The notes beneath the pieces were generated by a model, which saw only the letters and a program-made list of their open reading frames with translations, did no database searches and had not been told where the DNA came from. 64,000 nucleotides of DNA from Chiloscyllium plagiosum (taxonomy: Eukaryota). Made by a program: the position numbers and the translations under genes. Positions 1-12,354 of the stretch are shown here, in pieces (positions within the stretch are counted from its first letter, which is position 1; the number at the start of each line of letters is the position of its first letter). The DNA lies in contig NC_057719.1 of NCBI RefSeq assembly GCF_004010195.1, forward strand, positions 35,592,064-35,656,063, in the 5' to 3' direction.

Positions 1-382
1 CTTTTCCAGCAATAAAGTTTCAACTTTGATCTCCAGCATCTGCAGATCTCACTTTCTCCTCGAAGATTTCAACCTACTGCGAATCCTCTTACAAGGATGC
101 CTTCCTTGAAGAAGCTCTCTGCCTCTCTCTACAAAGATTTCAGTGAGTCCCTCTCTCACTGCACACCCCAGGTCTATCACATTTCCAACTCCCCTCCTCC
201 AAGTCCCTCCTCCCTACCTTTTATCTTCTCCTGCTGAACACTCTCTGCTCATTCCTGAAGAAGGGCCTGTGCCCGAAACGTCGAATCTCCTGTTCCCTGG
301 ATGCTGCCTGACCTGCTGTGCTGTTCCAGCAATAAAGTTTCAACTTTGATCTCCAGCATCTGCAGACCTCACTTTCTCCTCC
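1..382 (+). mobile_element. Penelope-like element terminus (partial tandem repeat) containing a hammerhead motif
   Basis: A ~58-nt unit (ttccagcaataaagtttcaactttgatctccagcatctgcaga..ctcactttctcctc) occurs at ~4-61 and ~324-381. CTGAAGA...GAAACGTC at 255-282. Related sequence recurs at ~19645-19951, ~21990-22120 and ~24995-25090. Confidence 0.6.
251..286 (+). ncRNA. Minimal type I hammerhead ribozyme motif
   Basis: Stem I ATTC(251-254)/GAAT(283-286). Core CTGAAGA(255-261). Stem II GGGC-CTGT-GCCC(263-274). GAAA(275-278), a palindromic ACGT mini-stem III and a GUC triplet ending at 282. Confidence 0.65.
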
Positions 383-399
383 AAACAGTCTGAGCCTTA

Positions 400-2750
400 T
401 ACAGCCACAGCTGTACATCCCTGTTCTTTGATTGTAGCCGTCCTGAACTGAATGCTAACATTGCAGTTGCCTTCCTAACCACCATCTGATTCTGCATGTT
501 AACCTTAGGAGAATCCCAAACTAGGACTCCTAAGGCCCTTTGCATTTCAGATTTCCAAAGCCTTTCCCCATTAAAATGTCACCCCTTTTCTTCCAACTAA
601 AGTGCATAACCTCACACTTCCTCACATTATATTCCATCTACCACTTCTTTGCCCACTTTCCTAGCCTGTCCAAGTCGTTCTGCAGCCTCCCAGTTTCCTT
701 AACAATACCAGTCCTTTCACCTGTGTGTCATCTGCAAATTTATTAGCAAAGCCCTTAGCTACTTCATCCAAATTGTTAACATACATATATAACACGAACA
801 GCTCTAGTTTCAAAACTGACCTCTGCAGAACTCCACTACTCACCAGCTGCCACCCTGAAAAAGGCATCTTTATCCCCATTCTCTGTCTTCTGCCAGTGGG
901 CCAATCCTCTCAGTCAGTAACTTGCCCCTAACACCATGAGATCTTGTCTTATTTAGCTGCCTTCTGTGCATCATCTTGTCAAAGGCTTTTGAAATCAAAA
1001 CAGATCATGTCCTTTGGCTCGTTGTCTAACTTGTTCATTAACCATCTCAGAATTCCTCAGAAGACCTCCCCTTGATGGGGCCATGCTGCCTCAGCCTTAT
1101 TTTACCATGCACTTCCAAGTAACTTGCAATCGTATCCTTAATAATGGACTTCAAAATCTAACCAAGGTCAGGCTAGCTGGCCTATAATTTCCTGTTTTCT
1201 GCCTCCCTTCTTTCTCAAATAGGAGCGTTACACTAGCCATTTTCCTGTCTTCCATGACCCTCCTTGACTCTAGTGATTCCTGGAAGATCACTAATTCCTT
1301 CACAATCTTTTCAGTTATTTCCTTCAGAACTCTGGGGTGTAGTCCATCTGGTGCAGATGATTTAACCACCTCCAGTCCCTTTCAGCATCCCCAAGAACTT
1401 CTCCTTTGTAATGATAAGACCATAAGGCCATTCAGCCCATCCAGTCCACTCTGCCATTCAATCATGGCTGATGGGTATTTCAATGCCACTTACCCACACT
1501 CTTCCCGTATCCCTTAATATCTTGCAAGATTAAGAACTTATCAATCTCTACCTTGAAGACATTTAACGTCCCGGCCTCCATTACGCTCCGTGGCAGTGAA
1601 TTCCACAGGCCCACCACTCTTGCTGAAGAAATGTCTCCTCATTTCAGTTTTAAACTAATTCTAAGGCTGTGCCCAAGATCTGTTGTATCCCCACCTGAAG
1701 GAAACAATGATCACCACACTCACCTCTGTCTCCAACTATCTTGAAGTTCTGGTCTGCTGCTGGTGTCTTCCACCGTGAGGACTGATGCAAAGTTCCTATT
1801 TGGTCTCTCTACAGGTTTTTTAATCCTGTCCAATGTCCACTCTTGCCTTGCTTACCTTTTATAGGTCTAAAAAGCTCTTGCATTATTCTTTTATATTACT
1901 AGCTGGTTTAGTAATTTTATCCTCTCCCCATTATTCTTTTGTTTTAAAAAAAGGCTTCCCACCGATCTTCACCACACTATGCTTTTTCTTCTGCTTTTAT
2001 CCTGTCCCTGACTTCCCTGGTCAGCCATGGTTGCCTCATCCTTCCCTTCGTACGTTTCCTTTTCCTTGGAATGAATTTCTGTGCTTCCCAAACTACCCCA
2101 GAAACTCCTGCGGCTGCCACTATGCTGTCTTCCCTGTTAGGCTTCCCTTTCAATCAACCCTGGCCAGCTCCTCCCTCATATCTGTGTAGTCACCTTTACT
2201 TATTTGTAATATCATTATGTTTGATTCCAGCTGTTCTGTGTAAAACTGCAGGGTGATTTCTATCACATTATGGTCTCAGGTTCCTTCACCTTAAACTTCC
2301 TAATCATTTGTGCGTCATTACACATCACTAAATCCAGGATTGCCTGTTCCCTATTGGGCTCTAATGAAAGCCGCTCCCAAAAACAAAACCATCTCAGACA
2401 TTCCACAAATTTCTTTTCTTGAGCTATTACCAACCTGATTTTTTCCAGTCCATCTGCATGTTGAAATCCTCCATAATTATCATAATAGTGCCTTTCTAAC
2501 ATGCTATTTCTGGTTTATTTTCTGCCCAACATTCTTCTTAGAGATCTGCACCCAACTCCAATCAGGGTCTTTTTTCCTTTGTGGTTCCTCAACTCTACTC
2601 ACGCAAATTCTAATTCTTCCAACTCTTTCACTTCTTGGTATTGACTTAATTTCTTACAAACAAGACAACCTCGTCCAACCTTTCAATAGGAAGCTTATCC
2701 TTGGATATTTAGTTCCCAGCCCCAATGCCTTTATAGCCATGTCTGTGAAG
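400..2750 (-). mobile_element. Degenerate CR1-type LINE (EN/RT fragments) with a nested CR1 3' fragment at ~1415-1700
   Basis: Minus-strand fragments KFADDT, PDGLHPRVLKE, NYRPASLT and EPNREQAILDLV. Many stops and frameshifts. Confidence 0.8.
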
Positions 2751-3490
2751 TGCAATTTTCTAATATACATTTTCTAAATTGAGAACACTTCAGCAGATTA
2801 GTTATGGGACTGCAATGTCCTCACTTTTTTTTAAAAAACCATTTCATAGAATCATAGAATCCCTACAGTTTAGGCAGCAGTGCTAACCATCCAGCCACAT
2901 TTAGTCCTGGATATTTGCTACTCTTTAATGCATTTGATTTCCCTGCTTACATTAAATCCCTCATTTAGGGTGCTTGGAATGCTGACCTCTCTACCTCTAT
3001 AAATATTTGTGCAAAGTGGTTGTGCAGAACGGTCACTTTATTTTTTTATTTTCAGGGGTTTCTCTAAAGCAATTGCATAACAAGTGTTGATTTTAATATC
3101 CCTTGCAAGTTTATTTGAATATTTCTTTTTTGTAATTCTTGCCAACTGCTTGACACTATTCACATTTTTTCCACTTTGCATGACTTGTACTTTTCTTTTG
3201 CATTTTTGTTTTAGATTTTACTTTGTTTTGTGCTCTCTCTTACCTTTTGCCCATATCGTATTTGGCATGTAGAACTCTATGGCCATTTGATGTACACAAT
3301 GGTTTGTGTATCTTGCTCAATAAAGAACTTAACTCATACTCATCTTCTGTAAGCCTATTAACATACTTCCCATACATCCTGCAGTCAATGCATCTCATCA
3401 TTGAAGCCAGCCTTGTCCAAGTCTAAGTTTAATACTTAATTAGCTATTTCATCTTTCTATCCCTTTAACTGATCAATTTTGATATGCTTA

Positions 3491-3703
<213 letters not shown>

Positions 3704-6566
3704 CTACATATAAAAATTTAACAAATCAATTTTCGGAATGGATTACTTTATCTGTAGATATTAGTTCCTTTAATGTGGGAGAAATTGACCAATAAAGACA
3801 ACAGAAAGATCTAAAATTGCATCATCACCCTGTTTAGGTGAACTGCAGTTAAGTGTTGCTGTAATTCATTTTAAAACCCTGAGTAAACCATAAAGAAAAA
3901 TGTTTGCCACTCCAGTTTACAATGAATGTCAATCCTGCAATTAATTCAGCAGGTTTTTAGACATTAATAGGAATAGCGGAATCTGAAGTTAAGGAACCAG
4001 CAGCATGAGCCTGCTTCTCCGGAATCAAGGAAAGGGAAGTTAAGCACCATGCCACTGAAAAGATATGCTGATGGCTCTGAACCTTTGAAATGGGTGCAGG
4101 AGTGTTGCTCTGAGGCAGCATTCGCAAGGGCCTAATTGACAAGGACCAAGCCTGCCATTCCTAGGATGGAAAAGGGTGAAAGGTGAAGACCCATAAGGCC
4201 GAGATTTTCATTTTATTTAATGTTCACTCTCAACATTGGCAGTACTCAATTCTCCTCTCCAATATGTCATTTTCTCTCTCCAAACTAGGTCTACATTTTC
4301 CCTCTTACTTCAGGAAGTAGAAACTGGAGAAAATGCAGTTGATTAACTTCTTGAATGAAAATAATGATTTTTAAAAAACTATTGTAAAGATTATACTTTT
4401 TAAATTTTTGGTTTTTAATGCATGAAAAGCTTTTACATGACAAATGAAAAACTACATTTTTTCCCCCAAAAATCATGGGGTTAACTTTTACAGGAGTATG
4501 TATGTTACTTAAGGTACTAGAGTGGACTTGCCCCCGGAGACATTTGGTATCAAATACGAGCGAGCTTCTATATTTTTCTATTTCATATGAACAAAAATAA
4601 AACTTGAATAGGCTTTCAGCCCTTTGAGCTTGCTTCACACCACTTGGTAAAATCATTGCTGATCCAGTTGTGTGCTCATCTCAACTTTCATGGCTACCCT
4701 GCACACTCTCTGGCTCCTTCAATCAGGAATCTTATCCTTAAAAACATTCAATGATCCTTACCCCATTTTCCTGGATGAGAGCATTCCACAGACGAATGAC
4801 ATATTTTCAAAAAAAATCACCTGAATTCCATCTTAAATAGAAGACCCCTCTTTTTAAAACTGGGCCCCCACTTCTCGTCCCTCCTCAAAGGAAAAAGACA
4901 TCCTTGCAGTATCCAGCCAAGTTCCCTCAATTAACCCACCTGTATTCCTCTGCTGTTTTTTTTCCACTGTTTGCACTCTCACCTATTGTTGCGCCACAAG
5001 CAAATGTATTAATTCAAGTCAACAAAAATGAGAGACAATCTTATCAAAACTTGAAAGGATTTGGCACTACTGGAATCTAGGAGATTGGAGAGGAGCAAAT
5101 GGGGAATTCTATTGGTAGGATCAAAATGTTTAGGAAGGGAGCAGTGCTTGGTGGACAACTTTGACAGCATTCATTGTCTGAAGGAAGCAAATCTCACCCA
5201 GTGAAGAGACTGGGTGATGCAAAGGTTGGAGTTGCAGTGTTAGAAACAAAGCAAGATGTTCTCTGTAAGCTACTCTTCCAGACTTTATCCCATAAAGCAT
5301 TTCTCTTAGGACCTTTTACATTTCCTCACTCCAATGGAAGGAAAGTGCTAATCGACTGCAGTCGATCATTCTCAAACATGGAAAAATCAGATTATGGGGA
5401 AAATGTAAAAGTCAACTCACTCATTTTCTGGAGTGGCAGGAAAGACAGGTTAAAAGGGAGAATGGGTTGGGAAAGGAAAGAACATCAACACTAAATGGTG
5501 AAGATTCCTGAAATTAACACCATATAGAAACTCTGAAAATCCAATTCACAGGAGAACACACAAAGAGACAGAAATATGAAGGCCTCAAGTAATAGCTTGT
5601 ACCATATGGCAAGAGATTGGAAATAAAAAGATGTAAAACTAAATATTTTTCCTCTAGATGGTAGCGAGTTCACACACTGCCTTCTCATTATTGTATCTAA
5701 ACTCTACTTTTTTTTTGGGGGGTGGGGAAAGAGAACAGAGTCAGGTGTGGAGGAGGGAGAAAAGAATGAGAGACAGGAGAATTTCGGGAGTTTCAATTTA
5801 TATGTTACTTATATGACTCCATATAACTTGCACTTCTCCTTAGAGGAAGCATTGCAAATATTGGAAAATAGGAAGATAACTTTAAAAAAAAAGCAACAGG
5901 AGCCATTTCCAGAGATAGACAGACAAAGCCCCATTTCGTATCTATATTGCAATTCAACATGAATGGTCAATACTGACAGCAAAGTGGGGGAAAATAAAAC
6001 TGTCCAAACTCTAGCAATATTCATGCCTAAGTATATTAATTGATCTGCATTAGGTTTTAGGTTTTCAGCAGATGTTCATGTTCAAAGTCAAGAACTATAC
6101 CCAAAAATGAACCAATGCTACCAACCTGAACAACAAAAAATACCAACAGCTGATTAGAAATCACTTTGCTGAAATCAACATGCAAATCTAGTCTTTGGAT
6201 TGAACAACGGCACTTAGAAAGCTATAACCTAAGAAACTGTGCTCATTAAAGTATAGTTGAACAGTAACAGAAATCAAAATAGATTGAATTTGTTTACACA
6301 TCCTATACTACACATCTTGAAGTGTTTGAGAAGAGGATAGTTTAATAACTTGAATACTAAATCTGGATCAACATGTTATCTGAAACTTGGTTTTGCTTAA
6401 GCAGCAGAGTCTACATATTTAAGTCCATAAAAGATTGCTGTACTCTGGCACAAGAAGCCAACAAGCTCCAGGCTGCTTAAATTTTTTTTTAAAGTTTAGA
6501 AAATTCTTAACCTCAAACTAAAAACAGCTGAAGATTTGCACATTTAATCTATTTCAAATTACCTCA

Positions 6567-6884
<318 letters not shown>

Positions 6885-7119
6885 TTACTGGAAACATTGA
6901 GAATATTTAAATATATTGTATGGCACGGAGAACCTATTAAGAGAAACCACATACTGCCAATGTCCCATGACTTTTTTCATCACTTGGTCTGAGGCTTTAA
7001 GAGACTAAGGTTGAACAAACTTTTCCACTTGTGTTACTCAAAGGCCTTATTACTGAGTAGCAGTTGGTAGATATCTTCACGCTCCTTATTGTTATCATGC
7101 AATAACTTTGAAATTGAAA

Positions 7120-8150
7120 GATTAGAAATGGAAAGTGAGCCATTTAGCCCTTCAAGTCTGCTCCACCATTCAATATGATCATAGCTCATCATCCAATTCA
7201 GTGCCCTGATCCCACTTTCTCCATATACCCGTTGATCTCTTTCGGCCTAAGAACTAAATCTATTCCTTGAAAACATTCAAAATGTTTTAACATCAACTAG
7301 TTTCTGTGGCAAAGAATTCCATAGGTCCAGCACTCTCTTGGTGAAGATATTTCTCATCACTCCTAAATAGGCTACCTTAGATTGTGAACCCTGGTTCTGG
7401 ACTCAAGCATCAGGAACATCCCTCCTACAGTTATGCTGTTAGAATTTTATAGGTTGATTAGATTCCACCCCCACACCCCTCATTCTTCTAAACTCCAGTG
7501 AATCTTGTCCTCACCGAGGCCTGTCATTCAAGTATCAGCCTGGTAAATGTTTGATGCACTCCCTGCACAGCCAGAACATATTTCCTCAGATAAGTAGACA
7601 AGCTTCCAGGTGTGGTCTCGCCAAGGCACTGCACAACTGTAGTAAGACATCTCTGCTGCTAAATTTGAATCCTCTCACTATGAAGGTCAAATTACCATTG
7701 CCTTCTTCACCGCCTGTAAGATTACATCCAGCAACTGATGTACAAGATCATCCAGATCTCAATGCAACTCCTCCTTTCCAGAACTATCAATCACTATTCA
7801 GTGAATCTGCCTTCCTGTTTTGGTACCATAGTGGATAACCTCCCATTTATCCATATTATACTTCATGTGCCATGCATCGCCCACTGATAATTGTCCAAAC
7901 AACAGGGAAGCATCCCTGCAACCTCCTCAAAGCTTACTCTTTGACCTACTTGGTCTCATCTGCAAACTTGAAAACATTACACTTAGTCCCCTCATCTAAA
8001 TCATTAATATACTGTGGATAGCTGGTGCCCAAGCACTGACGACTGCAGTATCCTGCTAATCATTACTTGCTATCGGGAAGAACAGCTGTTTACTCCTACT
8101 CTATTCCTGTCTGCCAACCAGTTTTCTATCGGTGTCAGTACGCTACCACC
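7120..8150 (-). mobile_element. Old CR1-type LINE 3' fragment
   Basis: Reverse complement resembles the CR1 3' end (..atggtggagcagacttgaagggctaaatgg..) and RT tail (catctgcaaacttg = KFAD). Confidence 0.65.
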
Positions 8151-8215
8151 AGAGTTGGATTAGAGTTAACTTTAATTTACATCTAACGATTACATTGAAA
8201 ACCAACGGCAGACTA

Positions 8216-8536
<321 letters not shown>

Positions 8537-8823
8537 TTATGTCCATAAGATATATATTCAAACAAATACACAGGTTTGCTTTCCTAAAAGCAGATTAACC
8601 TACTTGCAAAATTAGTCTGCAAGTGCAGCGTTAACAATTACATAATTAATTCTAATGCAGTGCACTTTAGGTCAGAAAACAAATGTTACTAAATAAACAC
8701 AAATGAATGTACTGTATTTTATTCAAGTATGATAGGACTAATTGAAAATATATCCAATATTGAACTACAATATTGGTCAAATGAGACTAATTCATGTACA
8801 TTTATCAATCCAAAGCTTAGCAC

Positions 8824-8911
8824 CTGTTAGACTTCAGTCCATAATGTATGTCAGTGTTGATGTTGTAAGCTATGTGCTCCTTCTCCTCTTCCCCTTCATC
8901 TCCAACATCCT
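8824..8911 (-). CDS. DYNC1H1: DYNC1H1 exon 2 (88 nt; not in the ORF track)
   Basis: ttgacag|AG GAT GTT GGA...TCT AAC AG|gtgc encodes (E)[28 protein letters not shown](S). Phases join exons 1 and 3 in frame. Confidence 0.95.
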
Positions 8912-10399
8912 CTGTCAAGTAAACAATTGTTAAAGTGCATAAAACATAACAGTATTGATGGGGTAAATAATCAACAAATTTAACAACAATGTAACTCCTA
9001 AAATAATTTTCAGAGAAAAAAGTATGAGTTCTTTCATCATTTCTTGCTTTTCCCCCTCCAATTTATGCAAAAGCAGTAAACACATATCACTCAAAAGGTC
9101 ACAAGAACAGCTTGGATGGTTGTAGAGACAAAGTTCATCAAAGCAGCTTTCATTTACCACCTTGTGGCAAGCCAAAGGTCTGCAGTCACACACCCAAAAG
9201 AACATCTCTCCAACCAAAATAAGAGGGAAAAAGGACAAAATGAGGATTATGGGTACTTGACAGGAAACATCTATATTGTATCTGCAAGCCAAAACATTAA
9301 TTGAAAATGTTATGAGCAAGCAGTGTTTCTTGCTATAGGCATTCAAACAGAACTGCAAAGAAATGAGATTTCACTCCGCCCCAAAGGAGCTAAAATTTGC
9401 ATTAACCCTTAAGATTAAATTCTTTGCTATATGCGTTTAAAGAAAATTCAGATGTGAAAGAAATAAAAAGCACAATACCAAGTGCAATCACTGAAAATTT
9501 GTTGCTCCTCTATGGATTGGATGTTTGTTTTAAAATGACAGAGGACAAAGAATTGAGCCAATTCAAGAACACTGCAATGCAGATAAATTCTGACTGAAAG
9601 AGTGCTGGCTACAATAGAAATATTAAATATTATATATAAATCAGATAATAAATTCTTTAAAGCTAAATATAAATTAATTTGGTGCACTCCATATATCTAC
9701 AGAAAGAAACAAATGCAACATTTCATGTTGAACTATATGTAAATATCTCCAAACAATACTGCTGCATGAAAACAATTTACCATTTCTACTAACTGCAGTA
9801 GCTCTATTTCATGTCAGTTCCCACCATTTTGTTCCAAGTCTAAAGAGAGTAACCTTCTGACATTTTAAGATTAAGACTGCACTATAGGAAATCTACTCTA
9901 ATTTGTAAGACCGGGGTGGGGGATAATGTAGCTATTGAACAAGCATACACGAAACAGGGAAGAGAGATATTATTAAATTTAACAGCTTTGACCAAAATAA
10001 AGCTAACTTTTTTGAGATTTGTAATGGAAAATATCTATATACTGACTCAGTTCTTCATTAAGTGGAGTCAAACAAACATACATCTACGACCGTCAAATCA
10101 CAACTTTCCTTATATCAGAACCTTATCTGCAAGGCAATCGAAAATATTGTAACAGCACCAAAATATTGAGGGGGGGGGGGGGTGAAAGAGGACAGATCAT
10201 ATATTGCTAAAATTAAAAATAATTTCCAAATATAGCCGTTACCCAGAACTTGAAAATCACAGCAAAAAATGGGAGTAATAAGGTATTCAAAACGACACTA
10301 TTTTTTCTCTCCCCCTCCCGCCATGTAGAGATACTGCCTAATCTATTTGCTATAAGCTTTCCTAAACATCATTTGTTTTTAATTTCAGGCTGATTGCAC

Positions 10400-11300
10400 C
10401 CGCAGTATTTTATTTTTGGGCTGTCGCAGGAATGAGGAAAAACCCCAAGGGAAATCTTGCAGCTGAGCCGGGAGTAGTGGGCCTTCGATATTGACAGCCT
10501 TGTTGTCAGCTCCAGAGCTTCCTTCGTTCCACTTTTGTTTTAGGCTGTCGCTGCCGATTCATCAGGTGGGTCGTTCATGGACACAGCCGGCATTCAGTGT
10601 TGGGCTGGGGAGAAAAAGGCTGTTCTCCGAATGGGTGTGGCCGGCTTCGGCAGATCAGAGAAACCAGGATCCCGGTTGCTTCAGCGGCGGATCACCAAAC
10701 CTCACCTTTCAGAGTGGTCCTCTCCACCAGCACCGTGTGCATCTGGGGGTCGGAGAGGAATTTTTTCATCTGCTCCAGCGCACTCTTCTCCTCGAAGGCC
10801 ACCTCCAGGGCAGCCGGCGCCTCGCCGCCATCTTCCAGCAGCAACGGCACCAGTTTGCGAATGTGTTTCTGCAAAAGCGACACGTCGGCCACATTTTGCA
10901 CTGTCACTTCCAGGCCGGTGGTGCCGTCTTCGCCACCGCCACCGCCACCACCTCCTCCTCCTCCTCCTCCTCCACTTTCGGACATATTGCGATCCTTCTG
11001 TGATCCACCACCACCAGCTCCAAATGAACAGAAAGCAGCAACAACACCCAGACTAACTGAGACTAAGCGACCGCTGTGTCACGTGGCACTGCAGAGGTGA
11101 GGTAATGCAGCACCGCAATGCCCGCTGGGTGTTGTAGTTCGCCCCGGCGGCCAACAATGTCCAGTTGTCGCCAGCGCTGCAGATTTAAACTACAACTTCC
11201 AGGATGCATCGCCAGAACCAGGGGTATGCTGTTATTCTTTATCATCCTTTCCCCCTTTAACATGATTTTTTTCGCGACGATGCATCTGTTGTTTGCGTTT
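10400..11300 (-). promoter_or_regulatory. DYNC1H1: CpG island / promoter and 5'UTR of DYNC1H1
   Basis: Locally GC- and CpG-rich around exon 1. Contains an E-box GTCACGTG (11078-11085) and two ACTACA-extended ZNF143/Staf-like sites (11115-11138 minus, 11189-11212 plus). The TSS cannot be determined from sequence. Confidence 0.8.
10706..10985 (-). CDS. DYNC1H1: Cytoplasmic dynein 1 heavy chain 1, coding exon 1 (280 nt; start codon)
   Basis: Translates MSES(G14)[75 protein letters not shown], matching the recalled human N-terminus. Donor AAG|gtgag at 10705. Lies in a CpG island. Confidence 0.97.
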
Positions 11301-11729
11301 CCACTAAAATGCTTCGTTTGTCTGTATCAATTGCGAAAGAAAATTGGTTTATTTTTATCTTTTCATTTTCTTTCCCTTTCAAATTAATGTTTTTCAGTCT
11401 TGATCAAAATCGTTGAAAATATAGAAAATTTCAAAATGTTACAGTGATTTTACATCTTCGGTTCGAAAGTTAGAATCTTCTTGCTGACCAGTTATGCAAT
11501 GGCATCACGCAATATTCCATTTTGTGTTGTTGCAGGAATGAGGAAGATCCCCAAGGGAAATCTTGCAACTGATGTACGCAATTGCTAAACCAGACATTAT
11601 TAGGGAGGTTCTGCAGTTGTGATAGAAAGGGTCAGGTTGCGGGTTCCACGAGACGTAGCGACAGAAGTAATCCATTCGACCCATCGAGTTTCCTCACCAT
11701 TTAATGAGATTATGGCTGATTTAATTTAT

Positions 11730-11872
11730 TACTGCCCTTCAGGGAAGGAAACTTCCCATCTTTCCTTGGTCTGGTTTGATGAGAGTCAAGGCCCATAGCA
11801 ATGTGGTTGACTGTTGACTGCCCTCTGAAATGGCCTCTCAAGTCACTCAGTCCAAGGGCAATTAGGGATGCT
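11730..11872 (+). mobile_element. Deu-domain (SacSINE1-like) SINE fragment
   Basis: gggaaggaaac..ccatc..tggtctgg..cagcaatgtggttgactgttgactgccctctgaaatggcc..agggcaattagggatg resembles the recalled DeuSINE central domain. Reverse-strand relatives occur at ~42760-43160 and ~52830-53140. Confidence 0.55.
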
Positions 11873-12354
11873 CCCTAAAATGTTTCCATAAATGGAGATA
11901 GATGTTTCTGAGAAACAGTAATGTGTTTAAGTAAACTACTCTGGCTTAGACACTTTCTACTTTATTTGCAGTGATACAGGTTGTAACAACAATTATGACA
12001 TGCATTGTCTGCAACTTGATAAACCTCACCTTAAGTCTATAAAGTGCTCTACTAAATTATCCCTAAAATGAAACAAAGGCCAAAAACGAGTGAGGGGTCA
12101 ATACATTAGCATCACCCTCAAACTGAGGAGTTGTGGGTGACTTTTTGGTGATTGTAAGACCAAAAGGTGTAGACGTGGGCCATACAGCCAATCAAGTCAC
12201 TCTGCTATTCGATGAAGTCATGGTTGATCTGATCCTCAACTCCACTTTCATGCATTTTTCCCCATAACCTTCCCCATAACCTCACTGAATAAAAATCTCT
12301 CACTTTGAATATACTCCATGACTCATTAAGCCTCAACAGCTTTCTGTAGTAAAG

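Noticed and set aside
8930..9358. 142-aa hydrophobic minus-strand ORF in DYNC1H1 intron 1
   Set aside because: Low-complexity Leu/Ile/Cys-rich translation typical of AT-rich intron sequence. The true exon 2 lies at 8824-8911.
10491..11100. Three overlapping plus-strand ORFs of 159-170 aa (poly-Pro, poly-Ser, poly-Leu/His)
   Set aside because: They are antisense shadows of GC-rich DYNC1H1 exon 1 and its Gly repeat, with no independent coding evidence.
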